Program-made: the position numbers and the translations under genes | Sequence record: NC_110914.1 | DNA length: 44,992 bases | Direction: 5' to 3' (one strand) | From: a phage | Part shown: positions 30,267 through 39,336 of the stretch, one piece after another | Layout: every line of letters starts with the position of its first letter | How positions within the stretch are numbered: position 1 is the stretch's first letter | The notes under the pieces: generated by a model | The model's input: the letters and a program-made list of their open reading frames with translations, nothing else | Databases searched by the model: none | Told to the model about the DNA's origin: nothing

Positions 30267-32036
30267 ATGACCATTTCCACCGATACAACCTTGTTGCATG
30301 ACCCGCGACGGCAGGCATCGCTGCTTTACTGGCAGGGTTTTTCCGTGCCACAGATTGCCGAAATGCTGCAGGTCAAGCGCCCGACCGTGCAGAGCTGGAA
30401 GCAGCGTGACGGCTGGGACGGCATCGCGCCGATTTCCCGCGTTGAAAGCAGCCTTGAGGCTAGGCTGATTCAGCTCATCGCCAAGCCGCAAAAGACAGGG
30501 GGTGATTTCAAAGAGATTGACCTGCTCGGACGGCAGATTGAACGGTTGGCGCGAGTCAACCGCTACAGCCAGACCGGCAACGAAGCCGACCTTAACCCCA
30601 ACGTCGCCAACCGCAACAAAGGGGAGCGCAAAAAGCCGAAAAAGAATTTTTTCAGCGACGAGGCTATCGATAAACTAGAGGAATTATTTTTCGACCAGTC
30701 TTTCGAGTACCAGTTGCAGTGGTACCGCGCAGGACTGGAGCACCGTATTCGTGACATTCTCAAATCCCGCCAGATTGGCGCGACATTCTATTTCTCCCGC
30801 GAGGCACTGCTGCGCGCACTCAAAACCGGCCATAACCAGATATTTTTATCAGCCAGTAAAACGCAGGCTTACGTGTTCCGCGAATACATCATCCAGTTTG
30901 CGCGACTGGTCGACGTTGACCTGACTGGCGACCCGATTGTCATCGGTAACAACGGCGCAAAACTGATTTTTCTCGGTACCAATTCCAACACCGCGCAGAG
31001 CCATAACGGCGATCTGTATGTCGATGAAATATTCTGGATCCCGAATTTTCAGAAACTGCGCAAAGTCGCCTCGGGCATGGCCTCGCAAAAGCACCTGCGC
31101 TCGACCTATTTTTCGACACCTTCCACGCTGGCGCACGGCGCTTACCCCTTCTGGTCTGGCGAGCTGTTCAACAAGGGGCGCAGCCGGATTGCCGACCGCA
31201 TCGAAATCGACATCAGTCACAGCGCGCTCGCCGGTGGCCAGCTCTGCGACGATGGCCAGTGGCGGCAGATTGTCACCATTGAGGACGCCCTTGCGGGTGG
31301 CTGCACCCTGTTCGACCTCGACCAGCTCAAACGCGAAAACAGTGATGAGGACTTTAAGAACCTGTTTATGTGCGAGTTTGTCGACGATAAAGCGTCGGTA
31401 TTCCCGTTCGAGGAGCTGCAGCGCTGCATGGTCGATGTAATGGAGGAATGGGAGGACTTTGCCCCGTTCGCCGACCATCCGTTCGGCTCTCGTCCTGTCT
31501 GGATTGGCTACGACCCGTCACACACCGGCGACAGTGCCGGGTGCGTCGTGCTCGCGCCGCCGGTGGTCTCTGGTGGCAAGTTCCGCATGCTGGAGCGCCA
31601 CCAGTGGAAGGGCATGGATTTTGCAGCACAGGCAGAGGGCATCCGCAAGCTGACCGAGAAATACAACGTCGAATACATCGGCATTGACGCAACCGGCCTC
31701 GGTCTCGGCGTGTTCCAGCTGGTGCGCTCATTTTACCCGGCGGCACGCGGCATCCGTTACACACCTGAAATGAAAACCGCAATGGTACTCAAGGCGAAAG
31801 ACACCATTCGCCGTGGCTGTCTGGAGTACGACGCCGGAGCAACCGACGTCACGCAGTCGTTTATGTCCATCCGCAAAACCATGACCAGCAGCGGGCGCAG
31901 CGCCACCTATGAGGCCAGCCGCACCGAGGAAGCCAGCCACGCCGATATCGCATGGGCGACCATGCACGCCCTGTTAAACGAACCGCTTTCTGCCGGTAGC
32001 GGCATGCAGCCTAAATCTATTCTGGAGTTCAACTAA
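30267..32036 (+). CDS. P: Terminase large (ATPase) subunit gpP
   Basis: 589-aa ORF (P2 gpP about 590 aa) at the expected position. Confidence 0.9.
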   Translation: MTISTDTTLLHDPRRQASLLYWQGFSVPQIAEMLQVKRPTVQSWKQRDGWDGIAPISRVESSLEARLIQLIAKPQKTGGDFKEIDLLGRQIERLARVNRYSQTGNEADLNPNVANRNKGERKKPKKNFFSDEAIDKLEELFFDQSFEYQLQWYRAGLEHRIRDILKSRQIGATFYFSREALLRALKTGHNQIFLSASKTQAYVFREYIIQFARLVDVDLTGDPIVIGNNGAKLIFLGTNSNTAQSHNGDLYVDEIFWIPNFQKLRKVASGMASQKHLRSTYFSTPSTLAHGAYPFWSGELFNKGRSRIADRIEIDISHSALAGGQLCDDGQWRQIVTIEDALAGGCTLFDLDQLKRENSDEDFKNLFMCEFVDDKASVFPFEELQRCMVDVMEEWEDFAPFADHPFGSRPVWIGYDPSHTGDSAGCVVLAPPVVSGGKFRMLERHQWKGMDFAAQAEGIRKLTEKYNVEYIGIDATGLGLGVFQLVRSFYPAARGIRYTPEMKTAMVLKAKDTIRRGCLEYDAGATDVTQSFMSIRKTMTSSGRSATYEASRTEEASHADIAWATMHALLNEPLSAGSGMQPKSILEFN

Positions 32037-32037
32037 A

Positions 32038-33084
32038 ATGGGTAAACAAAAATCCCGTAAAGCCAACGCACAAAAGGCCAGCAAACCACAACAACTGACC
32101 GCCAGCGCACCGCCAAAAACGACAGCGTTCACCTTCGGCGAGCCGGTGCCGGTGCTCGATAAGCGCGACATTCTGGATTACGTCGAGTGCATCAGTAACG
32201 GCAAATGGTACGAGCCGCCGGTCAGCTTCTCAGGGCTGGCAAAGAGCCTGCGCTCTGCCGTGCATCACAGCTCGCCAATTTATGTTAAGCGTAACGTGCT
32301 CGCGAGCACCTACATTCCGCACCCGTTGTTATCCCGTCAGGATTTCAGCCGCTTTGCGCTCGATTATCTGGTGTTCGGTAACGCCTTTCTTGAGCAGCGC
32401 CACAGCGTCACCGGCCAGTTAATCAAACTGCTGGCCTCGCCAGCCAAATACACCCGACGCGGAGTCGACGATTCGATTTTCTGGTTTGTGGAAAACTTCA
32501 CCCAGCCGCACGAGTTCGCGCCTGATACCGTGTTTCACCTGCTGGAGCCCGACATTAATCAGGAGATTTACGGCCTGCCCGAATATCTCAGCGCGCTAAA
32601 TTCCGCCTGGCTGAATGAATCCGCGACGCTGTTCCGCCGCAAGTATTATCAGAACGGCGCGCACGCGGGTTACATCATGTATGTGACTGACCCGGCGCAG
32701 AGCGCGACCGACGTCGAATCGCTGCGCGAGGCGATGCGCAACTCAAAAGGGCTCGGCAACTTTAAGAACCTGTTTTTCTACGCTCCCGGCGGAAAACCGG
32801 ACGGCATCAAAATCGTGCCACTGAGCGAGGTCGCCACAAAGGATGACTTTTTCAACATCAAGAAGGCCAGTGCCGCCGATCTGATGGACGCGCACCGCGT
32901 ACCGTTCCAGCTCATGGGCGGCAAGCCCGAGAATATCGGTTCACTCGGTGATGTTGAGAAGGTGGCAAAGGTATTTGTGCGCAACGAGCTGTCGCCGCTA
33001 CAGGACCGGTTCAGGGAGGTAAATGACTGGCTCGGCATGGAGGTCATCAGATTCAAAGAGTACACCCTCGACAACCCAGAATAA
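32038..33084 (+). CDS. Q: Portal protein gpQ
   Basis: 348-aa ORF directly after P; P2 gpQ-like size and position. Confidence 0.9.
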   Translation: MGKQKSRKANAQKASKPQQLTASAPPKTTAFTFGEPVPVLDKRDILDYVECISNGKWYEPPVSFSGLAKSLRSAVHHSSPIYVKRNVLASTYIPHPLLSRQDFSRFALDYLVFGNAFLEQRHSVTGQLIKLLASPAKYTRRGVDDSIFWFVENFTQPHEFAPDTVFHLLEPDINQEIYGLPEYLSALNSAWLNESATLFRRKYYQNGAHAGYIMYVTDPAQSATDVESLREAMRNSKGLGNFKNLFFYAPGGKPDGIKIVPLSEVATKDDFFNIKKASAADLMDAHRVPFQLMGGKPENIGSLGDVEKVAKVFVRNELSPLQDRFREVNDWLGMEVIRFKEYTLDNPE

Positions 33085-33161
33085 CTTAGGCCGCCACAAT
33101 CTCTGCGCTCATTATTGAAGATGCAATCTGCGAAAGCTATAGTGCATCGAATATCAAAACA

Positions 33162-34166
33162 ATGGGCGCGGAGATTAATATTTTGGAAACTGATTTTAAA
33201 ATAACCCTCGAAGGTTTCGCTACTGAGCAAGAAGCAAATAATATCGGTAATTTCACACTAGAAGCTATCCGAGCTTTAACAAAAAATCTCAATCTTGATA
33301 TCTCCAAATTAAAATGCGTGATTGTTTCCTATAACTTCAGTGAAGCTCTTCAAAAGGTAACATCCTCTTACCAACACAAATCCCCTAGTTCATTTACCAA
33401 TAGCAAACAGGGCGCAGCCGTCGGGCAGTTAGTAACAAAAATTGGCAATGATGGGCTATGTGAAGAATATACCCTTGTGCTATCGATTGATTTTTTTGTT
33501 GAGCTTTTCAATGATGGTAGCTTCTTAAAACTGAAAGAAGAAGGATACCTCGCAGTCATCCATCGCATTCACCATGAATTAGTGCACGTACATGAAAAAA
33601 ACTTACTAACATGCTTAGCCCAAAACTTTACAGTCAACGAGTATGGTAGCGCGCTTCTTATCTCAGCCACGCGTGCATGGTCTGAATATCTCGCTAATTA
33701 CATGTCTTCGGGGTCTGCCCCTCAAGAAACTATCGATTTATTTTTAGAGAATCTTGACACTGTTGTAAATGAAGTATCTGACGAGATTGAAAAACTCATC
33801 TGGGGTTATAAGTACGGTAATATTTCTCTGAATGACATGTATCTCGAAGTAAAAAAACGTATCAGGCTAATCATCAACTCTTATGCTTATGCGATGGGTT
33901 ATGTCCATTCTCTAAACATCAATATTAAAGAATACGATCCAAAGCTATCCCTTACACTATCCAACTCAAAGATAAGATATCAATTATCAGAATTAGGCAT
34001 TGCTTTTCAGAATCTTTATGGGAAGTTTAATGACCAGCACATTACAGGTTTTGGTGATTTTCGGGAGATAACAATAATCATTGATGAAATATTCAAGCAG
34101 TTTGGGCTTGTTTTAGAGTGTCCCGATTGGTCTGGCGACGGTGAACTCTACATACATGTAAATTAG
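33162..34166 (+). CDS. Hypothetical HExxH-motif protein (cargo gene between portal and cos)
   Basis: 334-aa AT-rich ORF with HRIHHELVHVHE (HExxH) and a Glu about 20 residues downstream (NEYG), suggestive of a zinc metallopeptidase fold. No recognised homologue from memory. Confidence 0.55.
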   Translation: MGAEINILETDFKITLEGFATEQEANNIGNFTLEAIRALTKNLNLDISKLKCVIVSYNFSEALQKVTSSYQHKSPSSFTNSKQGAAVGQLVTKIGNDGLCEEYTLVLSIDFFVELFNDGSFLKLKEEGYLAVIHRIHHELVHVHEKNLLTCLAQNFTVNEYGSALLISATRAWSEYLANYMSSGSAPQETIDLFLENLDTVVNEVSDEIEKLIWGYKYGNISLNDMYLEVKKRIRLIINSYAYAMGYVHSLNINIKEYDPKLSLTLSNSKIRYQLSELGIAFQNLYGKFNDQHITGFGDFREITIIIDEIFKQFGLVLECPDWSGDGELYIHVN

Positions 34167-34386
34167 TTTAATCATAGTAGAAACATAATTAGCAGTTTGA
34201 ATCCTGCCACTCCTGTAAAGCCGCTGCTCCTGGTGGCTTTTCCATGCACACCACCATCACGCATCAGATGCGTCTCACGCGCACGAACACACCCGACCAC
34301 CAACGAACCAGCAGCGACCACGACAGCGCCATCACGACGCGCTCAGAGGATAATTTTTATTATTACGCATCACTGCTGGCGCGCAA

Positions 34387-34405
34387 TGCTTTCCCCGCCA
34401 CGCCT
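34387..34405. other. Candidate cos site (19-nt cohesive end)
   Basis: Reverse complement GGCGTGGCGGGGAAAGCAT is 17/19 identical to the remembered P2 cohesive end GGCGAGGCGGGGAAAGCAC, in a GC-rich non-coding gap pointing toward Q as in P2. Confidence 0.6.
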
Positions 34406-34641
34406 GCCCGCTTTATGGGGCGGTTTTAATGCAGTTGCATGACCACTCTGGATCCCCGCCAGCTCTTGCGGCGCACGTACAAAACGGGTAACCCCGGCGC
34501 ATGCAGAACCATGCACCTGTTGCATGCACAGCTTATTTATTGATAAATCACCTTAAATTTACAAAAATTACGGACATTGATTCTTTCCAAACATGATAGC
34601 CTCTCGATAATTATCGAGCCTATTTTTGAACGGAGAAAGAT

Positions 34642-35583
34642 ATGCAAGGTGAAGTTGACGAACAGCAACCCAATGAGATTATGTCGGAGTTTGGATACTA
34701 TCCAGTAGAAGTTAACATTGAGACTGAACAATTTTCTTTGCTTACTTTACCTGGTCTCAATGAGAAAGTGGAGCGTGTTAATAATGATAAAAACGTTGTG
34801 AAAGGTTGGATATACCCTGGAAACCAAGATGTATATAACCTTAATGGTGGCATATCCACAATGCCTTATAGTCACCGAGTATTCAGTATGCCCAAAACGC
34901 ACACACTAAAATTAAAAAATACATCCTCGTTAGAAACTCTCAACTTTATTGTGTGGTGCCTTTCTTTTTTCAAGGGAATAAGATTGACAACCACTGACGC
35001 TGGTTTTTTAGATGCAACCACTATCAAGCCCACTAAGTTAACCGACTTTATTCTCGTTGGATGCTCTGAAAAAGAAGTCATAGAACTGGCTCTTAATTAT
35101 ATAAATGGCAAACATAAGGATGCGCACTCCCCCAAAAGAATTGCGGCAGTGGTGCATGCACTATTCTTATCTCAAAACCCACAATACCTTTCTTTTGAAA
35201 AATTCCAGTACCTTTACATGGCACTTGATGGGTGCTTTGCTTTGTCGTGGGCTGAGCATGACAAGGCTCCTGATAAAAAACCGCCAAATCATTACAAGCG
35301 ATTAAAGTGGATGTGCAAAATTTATGGGTTATCAATCCCCACATGGGTGTCAGGTAAAAAAAACATTTCTGGCATCCGCAATGATAATTTTCATGAGGCT
35401 ATTTTTTTTGGTCAACCGCTTGGTTTCTCAAGTGTTAACAACAGTCAATATGGTAACGATATATTGCTGCAAATGCAGGCACTGGTATGTCGCCTATTAG
35501 CGGCAATACTGTCGGTTAATGATTGCAGTTATCTCAAATCTTCGGTCAACTCACGAGATTACCATTCATTAAAAATAAATTAA
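34642..35583 (+). CDS. Hypothetical protein with R-x4-H motif (cargo gene at the P2 old/tin position)
   Basis: 313-aa AT-rich ORF with its own AT-rich upstream region and a GGAG-type RBS; contains ...GIRNDNFHEAIFF... (R-x4-H, possibly HEPN-like). No recognised homologue from memory. Confidence 0.55.
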   Translation: MQGEVDEQQPNEIMSEFGYYPVEVNIETEQFSLLTLPGLNEKVERVNNDKNVVKGWIYPGNQDVYNLNGGISTMPYSHRVFSMPKTHTLKLKNTSSLETLNFIVWCLSFFKGIRLTTTDAGFLDATTIKPTKLTDFILVGCSEKEVIELALNYINGKHKDAHSPKRIAAVVHALFLSQNPQYLSFEKFQYLYMALDGCFALSWAEHDKAPDKKPPNHYKRLKWMCKIYGLSIPTWVSGKKNISGIRNDNFHEAIFFGQPLGFSSVNNSQYGNDILLQMQALVCRLLAAILSVNDCSYLKSSVNSRDYHSLKIN

Positions 35584-35657
35584 TGCTAACGCCTCGCGGT
35601 GCTCGTTGTTCAACCCCCGCCAGTACTGAAAGCGAGTTTCAGAACCGGCGGCGTTTG

Positions 35658-35867
35658 CTATCGTCGACGTGGTGGTGGTGCGTATTGTTTCGACCTGCTG
35701 ATGCTATCCAGCTTGCCGTAATTATCCCTGACTATTTCGGCACACCCGACCAGCTCTGCGGGTGTCAAATTCTCATTGACCATTATCTGCTGCAAACGAT
35801 GAACGATGGCCATCAGTTTGATGCTTTTAGTTTTGTGTTGCGGTATTTCACCTGGTAGTCGATGCAT
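35658..35867 (-). CDS. Small hypothetical protein (weak call)
   Basis: 69-aa ORF between two ~50-bp direct repeats; protein-like composition but no supporting motif. Confidence 0.25.
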   Translation of the reverse strand: MHRLPGEIPQHKTKSIKLMAIVHRLQQIMVNENLTPAELVGCAEIVRDNYGKLDSISRSKQYAPPPRRR

Positions 35868-36066
35868 ATTATCACCCTCAATGAATTTTAATCAGTGCCG
35901 TCAAAACGCCACTATAAAACCATCTCAGGTCATGCCTCATTAATCATGGGCGTGTCATCAATAGCACATTGAGAAATTTTGAAAGGCAGGACTTAAGCCT
36001 CGTGGGCTCGTTACTCAACCCCGCCGACGCAAAAAGCTAGTTTTTGCGCCAGCACGGTTATTATGT

Positions 36067-36297
36067 TTAACGCCAGCTATCGTCTTCCCAAATCTCTTGT
36101 AATATGCTGCCTAATGTTTCTCTGTCCGCCTCTTTATCGAATCCGATAGCCTCTACACCAGTCATTGACCCTTTCTTAACGTTAACTTTTGTTGCAGGAA
36201 AAACGCATTGTACTCGATGTGTTATTTCATTTTGAAAAGCATCAATGATCTGTTGCCCTAATTTTTGCTCTTTATCCAACGTGATATTGATTCTCAT
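36067..36297 (-). CDS. DinI-like protein (C-terminal-domain equivalent of 186 Tum)
   Basis: 76-aa ORF MRINITLDKEQ...RVQCVFPATKVNVKKGS...ETLGSILQEIWEDDSWR resembling remembered DinI; LexA box upstream of the two-ORF unit. Confidence 0.75.
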   Translation of the reverse strand: MRINITLDKEQKLGQQIIDAFQNEITHRVQCVFPATKVNVKKGSMTGVEAIGFDKEADRETLGSILQEIWEDDSWR

Positions 36298-36300
36298 AAT

Positions 36301-36483
36301 CTAATCAGCCTTATAAAAATTATCATCTTCGGTTTCGTTATTTTCGCTGTTTGCTAGGTCTGCAATGAGAGTGAGCGCGAGCTTTAAGTCTGATGGCTTG
36401 CAGTTTGCAATCAGAGATACCTCGGCAATAAATTGCACACAAGCCCACTTTTGCTGCGTTCGGCTGAAATGTTCGCCAACCAT
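36301..36483 (-). CDS. Small protein upstream of and in frame with the DinI-like ORF (possible N-terminal part of a Tum-like antirepressor)
   Basis: 60-aa ORF separated from the DinI-like ORF only by an in-frame TAG; GGGAGG RBS before its ATG. Confidence 0.5.
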   Translation of the reverse strand: MVGEHFSRTQQKWACVQFIAEVSLIANCKPSDLKLALTLIADLANSENNETEDDNFYKAD

Positions 36484-36504
36484 GAAGTCCCTCCCATAGG
36501 GTTA

Positions 36505-36520
36505 CTGTATATTTATACAG
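36505..36520. promoter_or_regulatory. LexA box overlapping the promoter of the Tum-like module
   Basis: Perfect CTGTATATTTATACAG (CTGT-N8-ACAG) about 20 nt upstream of the 36483 start, overlapping a TTGCCA ... TATAAAT promoter-like element on the minus strand. Confidence 0.75.
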
Positions 36521-36596
36521 TAGCACGTATTGGCAAAAGATGGGAAGAAAAAAAACGAATAGAGCGATTGCTGTATGTGCATGATATGGATATGAA

Positions 36597-38819
36597 TTAC
36601 TCATGTATTGGTTTTGATGCTTCAGCCATCGCCGCAACACGATTAAGGATTTTCCGAGCTTTAGCTTCATGCGATGGTGCTGCGGAAAATATTTCTCCTT
36701 TGGCCGTTCCGCGTAGCCATTTACCATCAAAACAACTTTTACCACCGGCCATCAGGTGCAGGGCTTCGCCCCGGCTGATATTAATGCCGGTTGTCAGATG
36801 TATCTCATCGATAGTTTTAGCTATAGCTGCGTTTTGCTCATCCGTTCCGTGGATGAATTTTCGCCGTGCTGCTGGCTTTTGCTTCCTGAGTCGGTTGGTC
36901 AATTCTCGTCTTTCACGCCGACTCAGTGGTTTTGTTAAATCCAGTATCGGTGGATCGCTTTCGCTTCCCGTACAGTTATTGACAGAACTCCGAGGGACGG
37001 CTTTGCCGTCCTGAAGGTCAACGGCCAAATCAACAGCACGCTTCGGAACAATCTTCCACTGAGTGAGCCGGGTTAAAATCGGGCTTCCTGCACCTATGGA
37101 GGAATCGTAGACCCCCTTAATACATACCGTTTCCTCACCGTACTGATTAAGCTCGGTACGCGGTTCATACAGTGTGCGCACCTGTAAATCATCGCGACGG
37201 ACAAACGGCCCACCCTGAGCATTAACATAACCAGCCCAGTCACCAGCGTCGGCGGCATCATGGACGGCGGCAAACTCAACGCTCAGACCGTGCGCGGTTT
37301 CGGTATCAGCGAGGCGACGCAACTCACGGTAAACCGTCACCGGCGCACCACCAATAAACTGAAACTGACGGATGTGCCAGCGCGCAGCCCATGCTGAAAC
37401 GGCGGGGGCTGTCTCTTTCAGCAGCTCACCGCTTTCATCATCGGTTTCACCATCGAGAGCATAACCGTCGATATTTTTTGAAATGTATTTAGCAACATAG
37501 CCGGTTGCGCTGCCTTTCTCCGGGTCAATGGACTCCGCGTGGAAACGTGCTTTTTTGGATTTATCGCTTTTCAGTTCGTGGCGGTCTTCTTTCCATGCGT
37601 ATTTACGGACGATGGAGCGAACATATTCAACATCTTCCGGCAGCATGAACATCAGCATGTGCCAGTGTGGAGTGCCGTCGTGATGGGGCTCGGCGACACG
37701 AATACCGAAAATACGGACATCTTCCCGATGTAGTTTGGCACGGATACGCGCCCAGATACCGGTTAGATAGTTTTGCGTGTCAGCCGGGCTGGCACCGCTC
37801 CATTTGCTGTTACGGTAACCGGCTTTAGTCGTGGCGTGATATTTTGACGGCGCGGTTAGAGTGTAAAACTCACCGACATAACCGAGCTCATTACAGATGT
37901 TTTCAAACCCACGAATGCGGGTCATGAGCTCACAGCGGCGAATCGCAGGGTTAGCAACTGAGCCATCATATTTTTCAATTAGGCTGATACGGTTGCCGTC
38001 TTCGTCTTCGAGATCCAGACCTTTGAGAAATTCACGAGTGCGGCGCTTTTGTTCACGCCAGTCAGTCACGCAGTTTTTACTCGCGTAAGTGTTTTTTTTC
38101 TTACTGACGTTGCCGACTGCAATTTGCAGGTGTTCGCGCCACGTAGCTGCTACACGGCGCAAACGACCGCGCCACCACCCATCGTTAAACATTTTGGCGA
38201 TAGCCGGTGCGATTTCATCCGCACCGACATATTTTTTTTCAACCCGCTCCCAATGTGGTGGGATAACGTTGAATTGGAGGGAAATAAAGCCAGCACGAAT
38301 ATACCAGGTGTACAGCGTTTTAAGCTCGCCGAATCCGTGGTCATTAATGTTGGCAAGTTCACCACGAATGAAATTAGCAATATCAGCGGCCAACAGGTCA
38401 ACATCAGCGCGCGACATGTCCGGGAGACGGTTATATCGGGCGACCATATTAACCATGCGTGACGACAGATATTGCATTTGCTGAGTATCAAAATGACTTC
38501 CAAAAACAGCGGTTGATACCTTGCTGTTGATACCAGCGCATTCGTATTTTTTTGCGACCAGTTCAAGACGCGGCAATGCCTTTTTGCAGAAGCTGATTAA
38601 AAATGCATTGGCTCGTTGACTACCCTGATTTTGCTCCAGCACCGCAGCAGTGCGATAAACATCTAACCGCACGCAGTCGGGCTGGAGAGAAAGCACCTTT
38701 TTTGCATGCAGCAAAGCCGCGAACATACGGTCGCGGCGATGCTGTTGCTCATAAGTAAGGTATGGGCTGGAGATTGCCGACCGTGGGACGTTCCACGGAT
38801 AAGCGAATTGAACAGCCAA
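36597..38819 (-). CDS. A: Replication initiation protein gpA (rolling-circle nickase)
   Basis: 740-aa ORF (P2 gpA about 761 aa) at the expected position downstream of the early genes. Confidence 0.85.
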   Translation of the reverse strand: MAVQFAYPWNVPRSAISSPYLTYEQQHRRDRMFAALLHAKKVLSLQPDCVRLDVYRTAAVLEQNQGSQRANAFLISFCKKALPRLELVAKKYECAGINSKVSTAVFGSHFDTQQMQYLSSRMVNMVARYNRLPDMSRADVDLLAADIANFIRGELANINDHGFGELKTLYTWYIRAGFISLQFNVIPPHWERVEKKYVGADEIAPAIAKMFNDGWWRGRLRRVAATWREHLQIAVGNVSKKKNTYASKNCVTDWREQKRRTREFLKGLDLEDEDGNRISLIEKYDGSVANPAIRRCELMTRIRGFENICNELGYVGEFYTLTAPSKYHATTKAGYRNSKWSGASPADTQNYLTGIWARIRAKLHREDVRIFGIRVAEPHHDGTPHWHMLMFMLPEDVEYVRSIVRKYAWKEDRHELKSDKSKKARFHAESIDPEKGSATGYVAKYISKNIDGYALDGETDDESGELLKETAPAVSAWAARWHIRQFQFIGGAPVTVYRELRRLADTETAHGLSVEFAAVHDAADAGDWAGYVNAQGGPFVRRDDLQVRTLYEPRTELNQYGEETVCIKGVYDSSIGAGSPILTRLTQWKIVPKRAVDLAVDLQDGKAVPRSSVNNCTGSESDPPILDLTKPLSRRERRELTNRLRKQKPAARRKFIHGTDEQNAAIAKTIDEIHLTTGINISRGEALHLMAGGKSCFDGKWLRGTAKGEIFSAAPSHEAKARKILNRVAAMAEASKPIHE

Positions 38820-38820
38820 T

Positions 38821-39042
38821 TTATACCCCCCGATAGTGTTTGTTTTTTAGCTCTACGATTTGCTGGCAGGTTACGCAAAAAGCCACGCCCGGAATCGCAA
38901 TGCGGCGAGCTTCCGGGATTGGTGCGTCACATTCCTCGCAAAGAAAACGGGAAGGTGCAGCGATACGGGTGCGTGCGTTGCTGATGTGGCGTTCGCGGTC
39001 TTCCTGCTCGCGCAGTTGTGCTAAATCCATTGCGTCGGCCAT
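38821..39042 (-). CDS. TraR/DksA-family C4 zinc-finger protein
   Basis: 73-aa ORF with CEECDAPIPEARRIAIPGVAFCVTCQ (CxxC-N17-CxxC), typical of phage TraR/DksA-like proteins. Confidence 0.7.
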   Translation of the reverse strand: MADAMDLAQLREQEDRERHISNARTRIAAPSRFLCEECDAPIPEARRIAIPGVAFCVTCQQIVELKNKHYRGV

Positions 39043-39269
39043 TAGTGCAGCTCCTGTGATTCATTCTCAAAGCGGGTTGCTTCACGGCGCAGCAGTTCGG
39101 CAGCTTCGGTGCCGCTCATTCCCTCTCTGGTAATATGGATAGCCAGCGCCTCAAGGCGGATGGAAACAGCGAGCGCGCGGTCTTTACGCTCTTCTTTTTT
39201 TGCATCGGTCAGCAATACGGCCAGCGCATCGCTATCAGTGTTAAAACTACGGATTTCGGTATTACGCAT
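39042..39269 (-). CDS. Small early-operon protein, function unknown
   Basis: 75-aa ORF, translationally coupled in the early operon between cII and A. Confidence 0.5.
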   Translation of the reverse strand: MRNTEIRSFNTDSDALAVLLTDAKKEERKDRALAVSIRLEALAIHITREGMSGTEAAELLRREATRFENESQELH

Positions 39270-39336
39270 AATTAACTCTCCTGATTTCGGGCAATAAGAT
39301 GCCCGGCGGGTTTACGCCATTAAATTTCTGTTTGGA

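Noticed and set aside
31018-31782. Overlapping ORFs on both strands inside the terminase gene P
   Set aside because: Nested within and antisense to, or out of frame with, a well-supported 589-aa gene; Arg/Ala/Ser-rich translations.
34197-34442. 81-aa plus-strand ORF across the cos region
   Set aside because: GC-rich, Pro/Thr/Ala/Arg-rich translation; the region is better explained as the non-coding cos site.
35523-35858. 111-aa plus-strand ORF overlapping the end of the 313-aa cargo gene
   Set aside because: Starts inside the preceding gene in another frame; low-complexity Arg/Leu-rich translation and no RBS.
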